In this document: positions 21,302 through 31,500 of the stretch, piece by piece
Numbering within the stretch: position 1 is the first letter of the stretch
Layout: each line of letters opens with the position of its first letter
Source: Candidatus Spongiisociaceae bacterium
GTDB lineage: Bacteria; Actinomycetota; Acidimicrobiia; Spongiisociales; Spongiisociaceae
Assembly (NCBI GenBank): GCA_965262915.1
Contig: OZ253564.1
Location: forward strand, 4,128,001-4,192,000
Length of the DNA: 64,000 nt
Direction: 5' to 3'
Translations under genes and position numbers: made by a program
The notes under the pieces: generated by a model
Told to the model about the DNA's origin: nothing
Databases searched by the model: none
Seen by the model: the letters and a program-made list of their open reading frames with translations, nothing else

Positions 21302-22738
21302 ATGCGACCTACCACCCCCAACTGGTGGGGCAAACGGGCCCATATCATCTACACCGTCACGGTGTTCGTGATCCTTGCTTCCCTCGACAACGCCGCCATA
21401 GCCCTGTACCCCGCACTGACCAAAGTCATGGCCGCCGACTTGGGACTCAGCGAAAGAAGCGTCGGCCTGGTCACCGCCCTGGTGATCCTGGTGGCCGCCG
21501 TAACCGCAGTGGGCTGGGGATTCTACGGGGACCGCAATCAGCGCAAGCCCCTCCTGTTCTGGGCGACCCTGCTGTGGTGCATAGGGCTGCTGGCAGTGAC
21601 CAGGTCGCGGTCCCTGGTCGATCTGGCGTGGTGGTCGGTCCTGGTGGGAATCGGGTTGGGAGCGATCGCCTCGGTCGGATTCTCGGTGATCTCGGACTTC
21701 GTGGCTCCTCGGCGGCGCGGCCTGGCGATGAGTTTTTGGGGACTCTCCCAAGGGACCGGCGGCTTCTTCGGCATTCTCGTAGGTGGCGTCCTGGGCGCCG
21801 ACGAATGGCGGACGCCGTTCGTGGGGCTGGCCCTGGCCGGGATCGGCGTGGCCGTTCTGTACCTCACGACCGTCGATGTTCCCCGAGCCAGGGCGGAGCC
21901 GGAGCTGGCCGCGGCGCTGGCTGCCGGGGGCACGTACGAGTTCCGGATCGAGAAGTCCGACGTGGCCCGGCTGTTGCACACCCGCACCAACCGGTGGCTG
22001 ATCCTGCAGGGCCTTACCGCGCAACTGGCTTACGGGTCCCTCATCTGGGTACCGCTCCTCTACCAGAGCAAGGTGCAGGCCGAGGGATACGACCTGGCCA
22101 CGGCGACCGCAGTCGGTGCGGTCTTCGGCGCCATCTTCCAGATCGGGGGGGTGACCTCCATCCTGTGGGGTCACCTGGGCGACCGGTTCCAGGTCCGCAC
22201 GGCCCGGGCGAGGGCGATCCTATCGATGATCGGGATACTCGGGGCCATCCCGTTCTTCGTGGGCTTCTTCTTCGTGCCGTTGACCGGGCTCGAGATACCG
22301 ACGGGCCAGGGCAGCATCGCCATCGTCGTCGCCACCCTGGCCAGCGTGGTCACCAATCCCTACGCGGCCACCGCCTTCATACTCTCCGTGGTCGCCCTGG
22401 TCTTCACCTCGGCCGACTCCCCCAACTGGTACGCCCTCATCTCCGATGTGAACCTTCCGGAACACCGCGGAACCGCTTTCGGGCTGGGCAACCTGTCCAA
22501 TGGCATCTCCCGGACGCTCGGTAATGGTCTCACCGTGGTGGCGGCCGGCCTGCTGACGGCCCGTTTCGGGGCTCCCTGGAACTACGCCATCGGGCTCACC
22601 GCATTCCAGGTGTTCTTCATTCCCACCGGGCTGTGCTACTGGATGGCGTCCAAGACCTGCCCGGGCGACATCGCAAGGATCCGGTCCCTACTCGTCGAGC
22701 GGGGCCGGGAAGCCCTCCCCCCCGACCCTTCCGCCTAG
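21302..22738 (+). CDS. MFS transporter
   Basis: About 12 TM helices, GFYGDRNQRK motif A, SDFVAPRRRG. Confidence 0.9.
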   Translation: MRPTTPNWWGKRAHIIYTVTVFVILASLDNAAIALYPALTKVMAADLGLSERSVGLVTALVILVAAVTAVGWGFYGDRNQRKPLLFWATLLWCIGLLAVTRSRSLVDLAWWSVLVGIGLGAIASVGFSVISDFVAPRRRGLAMSFWGLSQGTGGFFGILVGGVLGADEWRTPFVGLALAGIGVAVLYLTTVDVPRARAEPELAAALAAGGTYEFRIEKSDVARLLHTRTNRWLILQGLTAQLAYGSLIWVPLLYQSKVQAEGYDLATATAVGAVFGAIFQIGGVTSILWGHLGDRFQVRTARARAILSMIGILGAIPFFVGFFFVPLTGLEIPTGQGSIAIVVATLASVVTNPYAATAFILSVVALVFTSADSPNWYALISDVNLPEHRGTAFGLGNLSNGISRTLGNGLTVVAAGLLTARFGAPWNYAIGLTAFQVFFIPTGLCYWMASKTCPGDIARIRSLLVERGREALPPDPSA

Positions 22739-24501
22739 GAGACTGCTGATTTAGTCGGTCTGTTGGGTGTTGGCTTGTTCGCGTTTTGGGTTTGTTGGGA
22801 TTATTGTAGGTGGTATGCAGGGTAGTGAACGTGGTGATCGTGAGTTTCTGGACGCTATGGAACTGTGTGGGGAGTTGGTTCCGGAGGGTTCGGTGTATCA
22901 GTTTTTGGCTGAGCACCGCCGGCGTCTGTTTCCCGCTGAGATGTTTGGGGATTTGTTCGGCCCGCGGGGCCGACCGTCGATACCGGGCTCGGTGATTGGG
23001 GCGGTGATGGTCCTCCAGGCGTTGGAGGGCCTGTCGGATCGGGAAGCGGTCCAGCGGCTGCGTCGTGACATAGCTTGGAAAGCGGCGGCTGGTCTGTCGT
23101 TGACCGATGGGGGGTTCCACCCGACGGTGCTGACGTTGTGGCGAGCGAGGCTTAGGGCGAGTGACCGTCCTGAGCGTATCTTCGACGCGGTGCGGGAGGT
23201 GGTCGCCGCCTGTGGGGTGTTGGCGAACAGGGGACGCCGTGCGTTGGACTCGACCATTCTGCACGACGCGGTTGCTACCGGGGACACGGTGACGATGATC
23301 TCGTCGCAGATAAGGCGTTGCCGACGTCTGATCCCGCAGGCAGCCGACCTGGTGCTGGTGGCCCATGACTACGAATCGAAGGCGAAACCGTCCTGTGACT
23401 GGTCCGATCCCGACAGCCGATCGGAACTGATCAACGGTTTGGTCACCGACGGGCTGGCGCTGATCGAAGGGGTGGAGGACATAAAGCTGAACCCCGAACA
23501 GGCCGACGCAATAGGTCTGTTGGGAGTGGTTACGGGCCAAGATGTGGAACCGGACCCCCACCGGGAAGGCCGATGGCGGATAGCGCGGCGTGTGGCCCAA
23601 GGATCGGACCATATCGACGGTGGACCCCGAAGCCAGGCACGGTCACAAGACCCGGACCCGCAAACGGGACGGGTACAAGGCCCATGTGACTACCGAACCC
23701 GAAACCGGGCTGGTCACCGCCGCCCACCTAACCGCTGCCAACACCCCAGACGCCGACAGCATCGCGGATCTCGTTGCCGAAGCACCCCCGGGTGCCGAAA
23801 TCGTCGCCGACTCCGCGTACGCGTCCGGTGCGGCGCTTGAAACGTTCGACGATCTTGGTCACACCCCGGTGACCAAACCAATCGTACGCAAACCCCACAT
23901 CGAAGACGGCTATCACCGCGACGACTTCGATATCGACACCGGAGCCCGGACAGTGACGTGTCCCGCCGGGCACACCACCCGCATACGCCCCGGTGGTACC
24001 GCCCCGTTCGCCAAGCGGTGCAACGGCTGCCCCCTGCGGGCACGATGCACCACCTCCAAGCGTGGACGGACCATCGCAGTCGACAAACACCACGACCGTC
24101 GCGCCGCGAACAAAGCACGGTGGGCCAAAGAAGAAACGCAGGACACCTACCGGAACCACCGGCCGTCCGTCGAGCGGACCATCGCCTGGCTCACCCGCCA
24201 CAGAGCCAGACGTGTCCCACACCGAGGAATCAAACCCAACCAGCAATGGCTCACCACCCCAACAGCAGCCATCAACCTACAACGCCTCATCAACCTCGGA
24301 CTCACCCACACAACCACCGGCTGGGCACTCAACCCCACCTAAACCACCAAACCCACCGGCAACCCCAAAAACCGGGGCAACTCCACCCCGACAACCAGCA
24401 CCACCACCCCCCAACCGGCAGCCTCCCACCAACCCACACCAGCCAACAGCACATCCCAGGGTTCAAGCAGCACCCCTTCAGACGGATTGCTCGGCGCCCT
24501 C
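22739..24501 (+). mobile_element. IS1182-family insertion sequence
   Basis: CTAG duplicated at 22735-22738 (the MFS stop codon) and 24502-24505; imperfect GAG-initiated ends. Confidence 0.8.
22815..24342 (+). pseudogene. IS1182-family transposase, one frameshift near 23598
   Basis: GRPSIP, GLSDREA, LDSTIL in first frame; DRTISTVDPEARHGHK, GYKAH, ADSAY, CPAG, R.SVER in second. Confidence 0.88.
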
Positions 24502-24826
24502 CTAGGAGGGCGCCGAAAACCCCGTACAAAGAGGTTCGCCCGCTAGCCCACAACGTTCAGACCAGGTAGTTTGCCAACGAGCAAACCCCGCAAGATTCGT
24601 TTTCCAGCACCCGCCCAGTGGCCTGCCTGCACAACAACCTGCCGTGCCCTGCTCGCTACCGACGCCCCTCGCTGCCGGCGTAGCCCCGCCGCAATTTCAC
24701 AGACAGACCACTGCTCCGTCCCCGTCCGTAGGTTCTCTGCCCACTTGCCCTCCCACCGACCGTTCCGGTGCGGTACCCTTAGTTCCGGCAGGCCTCGGCC
24801 TGTCGCGTCCGATCAAGGAGTTATGT

Positions 24827-25048
24827 TTGCCGAAGGACGACGTACTACGGGTTCAGGGAAGTGTCATCGAGACCCTCCCGAACGCCATGTTCAGCGTGAC
24901 GATCGACGGAGGACTGAAGGTACTGGCCCGAGCCTCCGGGAAGATGCGCCGGGGACGCTTCATCAGGATCCTCCCGGGCGATCGGGTCGATGTGGAGCTG
25001 TCCGCCTACGACCCCACCCGAGGCCGTATCGTCTGGCGCTACAAGTAG
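24827..25048 (+). CDS. infA: Translation initiation factor IF-1
   Basis: TTG start after AAGGAG; [33 protein letters not shown]. Confidence 0.95.
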   Translation: MPKDDVLRVQGSVIETLPNAMFSVTIDGGLKVLARASGKMRRGRFIRILPGDRVDVELSAYDPTRGRIVWRYK

Positions 25049-25251
25049 GAGGGTGCGGGGATAGGCGGACCGTAACCGCCCCCGCCAAAAGACCCTGCCC
25101 GGCTCCACGTCGACGAACCTCTGGTTGTCGCCGTGTACTCATCAGCCGTCGGACTCAATGTTCCGCCGGGTGAGCCACCTGTCCGCGCACCCTCCAGGAG
25201 TTCCGCCGGCGGGCCGGTGAACGATCCGGGAGGGCGCCTTCCCTGCAGTCG

Positions 25252-25995
25252 TCAGCCGATCATCATCCGGATCGCCGCCCCTACCGCTGCCACCACCAGC
25301 ACCCACCTCGCCCAGGCCGCTCCCTTGCGAACCGCCAGCCGCGCCGCCAGGTAGGCACCCGACGTGTACCCGGCCGCCAGCACGAACCCGAACCCCAGGT
25401 CGACATGACCGGCCACGAAGTAGAAGGGCAACGCCACCAGGGTGTAGGTGCCTATGAGGGCTACTTTGGCACCGTTACCCTTCAGCAAATCCAGCCCGGA
25501 TCCCAACACCAGAGCGGTCAGCAGCAGGATCCCCACTCCTATCTGGACGAAGCCCCCGTAGAAACCGATGAAGAGGAACACGATGTTCCTCCAGAAGGGC
25601 GAGAGGCGTGGAGGTAAGTCCTCCAGCCATCGGTTGGTGTTGAAGATGACCGACAGCGCAACCAGCAGCAGGACCACCGCGAATACCCGCTGCATGCCCT
25701 CGGGGGACACCCGGGTGGCGGTCCAGGCCCCCAGGCCGCTCCCGATCAGGACCGGGGGAAGCAACAGACCGACCCGGCGCCAGGGGATCGACCTCCCCTG
25801 CTGGTAGGCGCTCACGCCGGCGATATTGGCGAACAGGACCGCCACCCGGATGCTGCCGTTGGCGATGTGGGCATCGGACATCAGGATCACCAACGGAACG
25901 GTCAGCGCCGAACCCCCTCCGGCGACCGCGTTGATGAAACCCGCCCCGAATCCGGCGAAGAAGAGGAGGATGAACTCGAGTTCCGTGAGCTACAC
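25252..25995 (-). CDS. TSUP (TauE/SafE) membrane exporter; likely GTG start followed at once by TAG
   Basis: AGFINAVAGGGS, GFYGGF.Q.GVG; frame open to 25989, GTG-TAG at 25995-25990. Confidence 0.8.
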
Positions 25996-26099
25996 CTTCG
26001 ACGCGTACCCGCCACGGGAGACGGGTGTGAGAAGCCACCGCGCCATCGGCGGGAGATCATGACTCCGACCGAGACCCGCATTGCACCTGCGGCTCCCGG

Positions 26100-26579
26100 T
26101 CACAGGTAGAGTCCCCCGGCCGCCTCGTCCTCTCCGTCGGGCCCGCCGCTCCTGATCTGCTTCAACTGGGCCCGAGCAGCCATCTGCTGGGTCATGATGG
26201 CCGCGTGGATGCCGTTGAAGAGACCTTCGAGCCATCCGATCAGCTGAGCCTGGGCCACCCGGATCTCGGCCTGAGTGGGAATCTCGCTGTCCAGCGGGAC
26301 GAACACATCGGCCATCTCGGCTCGAAGATCGTCGGTGAGCACGCTCCTCAACTGGTCCATCGACGCCTCGAAAACTGCGCGTAGCCGAACCCGGCCTTCC
26401 TCGTCGAGAGTCGCCGTGCGCACCTCTTCCAGCATCGACCTGGTCATGGACGCGATCCGCAGCAGCTTGGCCGGCTCCTCGATGCGGTCGGGGACCTCCG
26501 TGTCGATAGGAGTCGACTCCACCACGACAAAGCCTCCGTCGGAAGCTTCAGGATCACGATCCATCACATCATCGATCAT
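26100..26579 (-). CDS. bpa: Bacterial proteasome activator
   Basis: PAKLLRIASM, AQAQLIGWLEGLF.GI, C-terminal GLYL (GQYL-like). Confidence 0.92.
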   Translation of the reverse strand: MIDDVMDRDPEASDGGFVVVESTPIDTEVPDRIEEPAKLLRIASMTRSMLEEVRTATLDEEGRVRLRAVFEASMDQLRSVLTDDLRAEMADVFVPLDSEIPTQAEIRVAQAQLIGWLEGLFNGIHAAIMTQQMAARAQLKQIRSGGPDGEDEAAGGLYL

Positions 26580-26713
26580 CGAGTCATCTCCATGTTCCGG
26601 ACAATGGAACCTCGGGGTATCTCCACTGTGAGAATAAGCACATTAGTGCCGCTGATCGGTCACAGGACCCCCATCCGGCGGTTGAGCGGGCCGGCCTCGT
26701 CGACCCGCGCGGA

Positions 26714-27298
26714 TCAATCGACCCACTCGTCGAGCACCAAGCCTCTCCCCCGGCCCCGTTCACCCACAGCCCGCACCACAAGGCTGCGCCACAATGCGGG
26801 CATGATCACTGCCCAGAACCTCCTCCAATTCGCCACGAGGAGAGCAACCACGTACACGCCGGGAAGCCACCAGAGGCTCGCGTTATGCAGGACCGCCCAC
26901 AGGAACATGGCCGACAAGATCCCGATGCCCACCATCACCGAGGACGGGTTGGCGAGCAGAACCGATCCGAGAAACACCAGACCGGCAATCGGAGCCATGA
27001 GCCACCAGGAGAAATACCCACCGCACCCGAGCCCTATTCCCAGGCCCACCGCCAGCCAAGCATCGGCTCGCAGGTCCCATCCCTTCAAGCGGGTGTCCCG
27101 CGGGGCCGCCCGGGCGAACCTACCGTCGAGGAAGTCGGTGCACCAGGCGAACCCCACCACGACAATCGCGGTATCCAGACTCCGGAACCCCACCAACCAC
27201 GCGAGTACCGGAGCGCTCAACAGGCGGGAGAACGTCAGGAGATCGGCCACGTTCGCCCCGTCGAGTCCGACACCTCGGTGAGGGATGTTGCCGTCCAT
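26714..27298 (-). CDS. CDP-alcohol phosphatidyltransferase family protein
   Basis: ADLLTFSR, TDFLDGRFAR...G.WD.RAD. Confidence 0.82.
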   Translation of the reverse strand: MDGNIPHRGVGLDGANVADLLTFSRLLSAPVLAWLVGFRSLDTAIVVVGFAWCTDFLDGRFARAAPRDTRLKGWDLRADAWLAVGLGIGLGCGGYFSWWLMAPIAGLVFLGSVLLANPSSVMVGIGILSAMFLWAVLHNASLWWLPGVYVVALLVANWRRFWAVIMPALWRSLVVRAVGERGRGRGLVLDEWVD

Positions 27299-27447
27299 AG
27301 TCACTCCGGTCTGCGACCTCCTTAGAGAATATCCTACGTCGGTCCGGCTGCGCGTGGTCAAGAAGATCCCTCGTCGGCAGTCGCCCGCCGGCGGCTACCA
27401 TTGATCCGGTTGGGAAACCCCGCCACCTCTCCATTGCCACGACGCCC

Positions 27448-27520
27448 GCCCGCGTAGCTCAGGGGATAGAGCAACCGCCTCCTAAGCGGTAGGTCGCAGG
27501 TTCGAATCCTGCCGCGGGCG
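27448..27520 (+). tRNA. tRNA-Arg (CCT)
   Basis: Cloverleaf GCCCGCG/CGCGGGC, anticodon arm ACCGC-CTCCTAA-GCGGT, GTTCGAATC T-loop. Confidence 0.97.
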
Positions 27521-27732
27521 CTCCGGGGTATTCGCGTGTTGGTGGGTGTTGGGTTCGCGGGTTAGGGGGCAAAGTCGGGTTTTTGGCTGGTTTTGGGGGT
27601 TTTGGGGGTCTGGTGGGGTGTGTGCGGTGCTGTGGGGTGCCGGTTATGGGTGTTGGTGGTGTTGGCGGCTGGTTTTGGACGCGTGTGGTTCGACGGGTGG
27701 TTCCCGTCGGTGTGGGATGGGTCGGGGTTGGT

Positions 27733-29463
27733 TTATGGGGGTGCCCGGGTGGGTGTGGGGCTGGTGGGGTGTGGGGGTGGTGTGGCTGATGGGGTGGTGT
27801 CGGGGGTTGTCTGGTCGGGATCGGTGGGGATGCTGTTGTGGTTGTCCCGGTTGCGGGTTCGTCGGGTTTGTTCGAGGTTGTGGATGACTGCGGCCATGAG
27901 CGCGGCGAGTGTGTGGGCGGCGAGACCGAACGCACGGCAGGATGCTTTGTCGAAGCTGCCGTCGTCTTTGATCATGGAGTTGACTCCTTCGACGGGGTTG
28001 CGTCCGGCGTAGTCGGTGGCCCAGTGGGTGGTTCCGTAGGCGTTGCGTTGGTGGTTGTCGAGTTGTTCGACGCTGAGGGTGATCATGCCGTTGCAGCAGT
28101 ACTCGGTGTCGGGGACGGCGACGGTGGGCTGGTCGGGGTTGTGGGTGCGGTTGGGCCGGTTGGGGTTGCGGGTCTTGGCTGTGGTCATAACGCGGCCGTC
28201 GCATTGGGGGCAGATGATTTTCTTGGTTCCGTTGGGGAAGGATTGGAGGACTCTCCATTGGTATTTGGACCGTTCGTCGTACCAGTCTTGGAGGGCGGCG
28301 CCGGTTAGATCGTCGGGTGGGCTCCATCGATGCGGTGGTGTCCAGATGGACAGGGGGGTGCCGCAGTGCACGAGGATGGGGGTGTCGCGTGTGCCTGCGG
28401 TGATCAGCCTGACCCGTTTTTCTTCGTCCGAGGATTGGTTCATGACGATTTCCCAGCCCTGTTCGCGCAGCGGCCGGACGAAGGTGTCTTTTTTGCGGGT
28501 GTAGCCCTGGTCGGCTTTGACGACTTTGAGTTTGGGTGCGACGCGTTTGGCTTGGATGGCCACCTCGTGTCCGATGGGTCCGGCTTCCTCGTCGGCTGGT
28601 GTGAGGGTCATAGCGACAATGTGTGGGGCGACGGAATGGTGGCGTCTGCCTTTTCGGATGGAGCGAACAAGTACAGCGAAATGACCGAAGAAGCCATTGA
28701 AGTGTCCTGCCGGACGTTTCGACGTTTCGCTGCGGAACCCTCGCCCGGCATCGACGTCGTCTGTGCGTTGTATCTTCCCGTTGGGCTTGAGCACAGTGCC
28801 CGGCGGTATCCGCCCGGCGTCGACCTCGGCTTGGGGGGTGTAGTCGGTTGTGCGGGCCCACGTTTCGTAGTCGGTGGCGTCGATGGCGATCTCGGTGGCA
28901 GCGCGAGCTGACCATTTCGCAACGGAGGGTGCGAGGAAGCGGTCGACCATCCATTGCAGGTCGATGTCGACACCGCCGGGGGTGACCGCCCCTTCCGTCA
29001 GGAATGCTTCGATGCGTCTGGCCTGACGCCAAACCAGGTTGTAGGACACAAACGAGTTGCCGGTGTCGGGATCCAGCAGGCCCCATTCGATGGCGATCAC
29101 AGCGTCGAGGCCTGCGAGGACTTCGCAAAACGCCGTCCGCGTGTATTTGCCCGTCATTTTGACGGTCAGGAGCATGACCGTGAGGATCATTTGGGTGGTA
29201 AGCACGGGTTGCGAACCCGGATGGGCACGCAACACCTGATCTATGTGTGTGCAAACCGCGGTGAGGCCCACGTACTGGAACATTCGGCGGGCTTGGGCGG
29301 GAGTCGTGATTATCGGTTCCCGGCGGCGGACTCCCTCCTCGTCGGTGTCCCCCCAGATGTTGACGCCCGCCGAGTCGGTGTCGTCGTACTGGTCCGCGCT
29401 GGAGTGGTCTTTGGGCAGTTTCCGCTCACAGTTCAGCTCGTACAAGCGGGCCGGGTCCGCCAT
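27733..29463 (-). CDS. Divergent DDE transposase (IS4-superfamily-like fold)
   Basis: IAIDATD, D.DAG.G, ADQGY, Y..R..VEGVNS.IK; Cys-rich insertion before the final E. Confidence 0.72.
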   Translation of the reverse strand: MADPARLYELNCERKLPKDHSSADQYDDTDSAGVNIWGDTDEEGVRRREPIITTPAQARRMFQYVGLTAVCTHIDQVLRAHPGSQPVLTTQMILTVMLLTVKMTGKYTRTAFCEVLAGLDAVIAIEWGLLDPDTGNSFVSYNLVWRQARRIEAFLTEGAVTPGGVDIDLQWMVDRFLAPSVAKWSARAATEIAIDATDYETWARTTDYTPQAEVDAGRIPPGTVLKPNGKIQRTDDVDAGRGFRSETSKRPAGHFNGFFGHFAVLVRSIRKGRRHHSVAPHIVAMTLTPADEEAGPIGHEVAIQAKRVAPKLKVVKADQGYTRKKDTFVRPLREQGWEIVMNQSSDEEKRVRLITAGTRDTPILVHCGTPLSIWTPPHRWSPPDDLTGAALQDWYDERSKYQWRVLQSFPNGTKKIICPQCDGRVMTTAKTRNPNRPNRTHNPDQPTVAVPDTEYCCNGMITLSVEQLDNHQRNAYGTTHWATDYAGRNPVEGVNSMIKDDGSFDKASCRAFGLAAHTLAALMAAVIHNLEQTRRTRNRDNHNSIPTDPDQTTPDTTPSATPPPHPTSPTPTRAPP

Positions 29464-29520
29464 CCCCCGCGCGGCGTAACGTTTCGCGGCGGCGGCGGGC
29501 AGCCCGGGGCTTGCTGACGA

Positions 29521-30468
29521 TCATGCGCCCAGCCCCCCGACTGCTGCGTCGACGGGGTCGAGGTCGGCAGCGGAAGCGGTGAGTAGTCCGGTGAGGGTGT
29601 CACACGAGACCGGACCTGCGATCTGACGTAGCGCAGCCAGGCTGGTGGCGGCGTGTAGATGGGCGACCAGCCAGGTGGAGCGGGCACGTCTCACCGACAG
29701 GCTGGCATTGCCACCGAACCCGACCTGGCGGCACAGCGCGTACACCGCGGTGCGATGCGACGCGGATACGAACCTTCCGTCGCCGACCAGACCCACCGCT
29801 TCGGTGACCAACCGGGTGTAATCGCGCCGGACCGGTACCACACGCGGATGCCGACCCCGAACCCGCACACCGACACGGCCACCACCCAAATCGATCACAT
29901 TGCCAGTCTCGGCTGCAGCGATCGCCGGGCTCAGCAGACCCGCTCCCAGGGTGGCTGCGACCACCCAGCGGCGACCCGCAGGCTCCGCCCGAGACGGCAG
30001 GCAGGCCGAGATCCGAAACGCGGTCTCGTCGCCCGGTGTGTACGGGGAAATAGGAACATGCTTGCGGGTCGGTTCCCCAACCGGTGGCCAACCATCCCCG
30101 AACGCAGCCCGCCCCACCCGGCGCAGCAACCACCGCTTATCACTACGCCACGTCCCCGCCCGGTCGGCGTTGACCTCGTTCGCCCAAAACTCCACGTTCT
30201 CAGGACACAACAGCCGAACATTTACGACACCTGACATCTCGTGCATCCACATCGTGAACTCAGAGGTGGCACGAAGCATCCGCCGCGCCATCGGCACATC
30301 ACCCGGTCGTGCTGCTGCCACCCAACAGCGCACCAACGGCAACGCCAGCGGCTCGAGATGGCCATCGTCGGGATACGTGTCCCAGATCGGCGGTCGCCAC
30401 ATCGACAGCCGTGCCAGCACATCGGCAGAAAGCCTTTCGGACAGCAGGGGCTTGGTGAAACAAGTCAC
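29521..30468 (-). CDS. Tyrosine-recombinase-like protein with degenerate catalytic residues
   Basis: LGAGL...V.V.G...RVVPV...RRARSTWLVAHL...L..L..IAG resembles an integrase catalytic domain; canonical Arg and Tyr not evident. Confidence 0.55.
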   Translation of the reverse strand: MTCFTKPLLSERLSADVLARLSMWRPPIWDTYPDDGHLEPLALPLVRCWVAAARPGDVPMARRMLRATSEFTMWMHEMSGVVNVRLLCPENVEFWANEVNADRAGTWRSDKRWLLRRVGRAAFGDGWPPVGEPTRKHVPISPYTPGDETAFRISACLPSRAEPAGRRWVVAATLGAGLLSPAIAAAETGNVIDLGGGRVGVRVRGRHPRVVPVRRDYTRLVTEAVGLVGDGRFVSASHRTAVYALCRQVGFGGNASLSVRRARSTWLVAHLHAATSLAALRQIAGPVSCDTLTGLLTASAADLDPVDAAVGGLGA

Positions 30469-30580
30469 GACCAGAGTCCCAACTTGTCCTGCAAACGGGC
30501 AGCGGACAGAACCCTCAGCTTGGCTAGATGCCCATCATGTGACAGTCGTCTGATACAATCCATACAAGCCTTTCGGCTCA

Positions 30581-30629
30581 ATCCGCGGTGTCCAACGGTT
30601 TGGTAGACCTGAGTGTGGACACCGCGGAT
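30581..30629. repeat. Perfect 14-bp inverted repeat
   Basis: ATCCGCGGTGTCCA-N21-TGGACACCGCGGAT. Confidence 0.9.
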
Positions 30630-30976
30630 GTTCGTTTTCTTCCCCTGCAGTCTCGCCGACTTTTCCCCTCAGGGCGAGCATTTACTATTAGACTATGCCC
30701 TAGGAGACTAGAAACCACCGCTGACCAGGGCATATATACCCACCCGCCCCGAGACAGCATGGCCGCTCCGAGCCGTCGAACCGGCCCGAAACCCGCAACG
30801 GACGCGCTCCGAGTCCCCGCCGTACGGTAGATCCGTTTCGGGATAGAGGGAGAGTTATCCATCGCAGGCACCGTGTTGTATTACTGCTAACATATGGCCT
30901 ATGGTACAGGTAGGGTGTGACACGAAGCCTTTGCCCGATTCGGCTCTTCGCAGCCTGATGGAAGGATCCGCCGCAC

Positions 30977-31306
30977 ATGGACGACGCACTCCAACAAGTC
31001 ATCCGCGACGTCTCCAAGACGCTCTGCGGAGCCCGCCTACGCCTACCTGTAGCGATCTGGATCCGAACCCAGCCCCAGGGCAGTGTTTTCTACCAGCGCC
31101 AGATCGCGAAAGGCATCGGAACCGACGCCCGCTACCTAGGCCGCGAAATGCACGTACTCCAACAACTCGGCATGATCAAACCCCAACCCCCGCCGCGTGC
31201 ACGCGACGTGCGACGTTTCTACCAGGCCGACCACACCCACCCTCTCTGGGCGCTCATCGACACCGCCCTCGCTGTCTGCACCCAACTCGCCCGAACCGGC
31301 CGTTAA
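30977..31306 (+). CDS. Small putative winged-HTH protein
   Basis: FYQRQIAKGIG...LGREMHVLQQLGMI...RRFY; GAAGGA upstream. Confidence 0.6.
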   Translation: MDDALQQVIRDVSKTLCGARLRLPVAIWIRTQPQGSVFYQRQIAKGIGTDARYLGREMHVLQQLGMIKPQPPPRARDVRRFYQADHTHPLWALIDTALAVCTQLARTGR

Positions 31307-31500
31307 CGGGAAGATGGCCTAGCGTGTTGAATGTCTCGATGGTCGGTGGGTTCTCTAGCCAAGCAGGGTGGAAGGTGAGTATGCATGCAAGGGCTACGCG
31401 GCGGCGATGTGGAGGAGCGCGTGGCGGTGGCCCATGTGGTCTCTGCTCCGAACGCAGGCGTACCTGCCAACCGAGGTTACTGACCGGAGCGAGGTTGTAG

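Noticed and set aside
29521-30468. Integron integrase driving the TA cassette array
   Set aside because: No IntI-specific insertion, catalytic residues look degenerate, and no attC cores were seen
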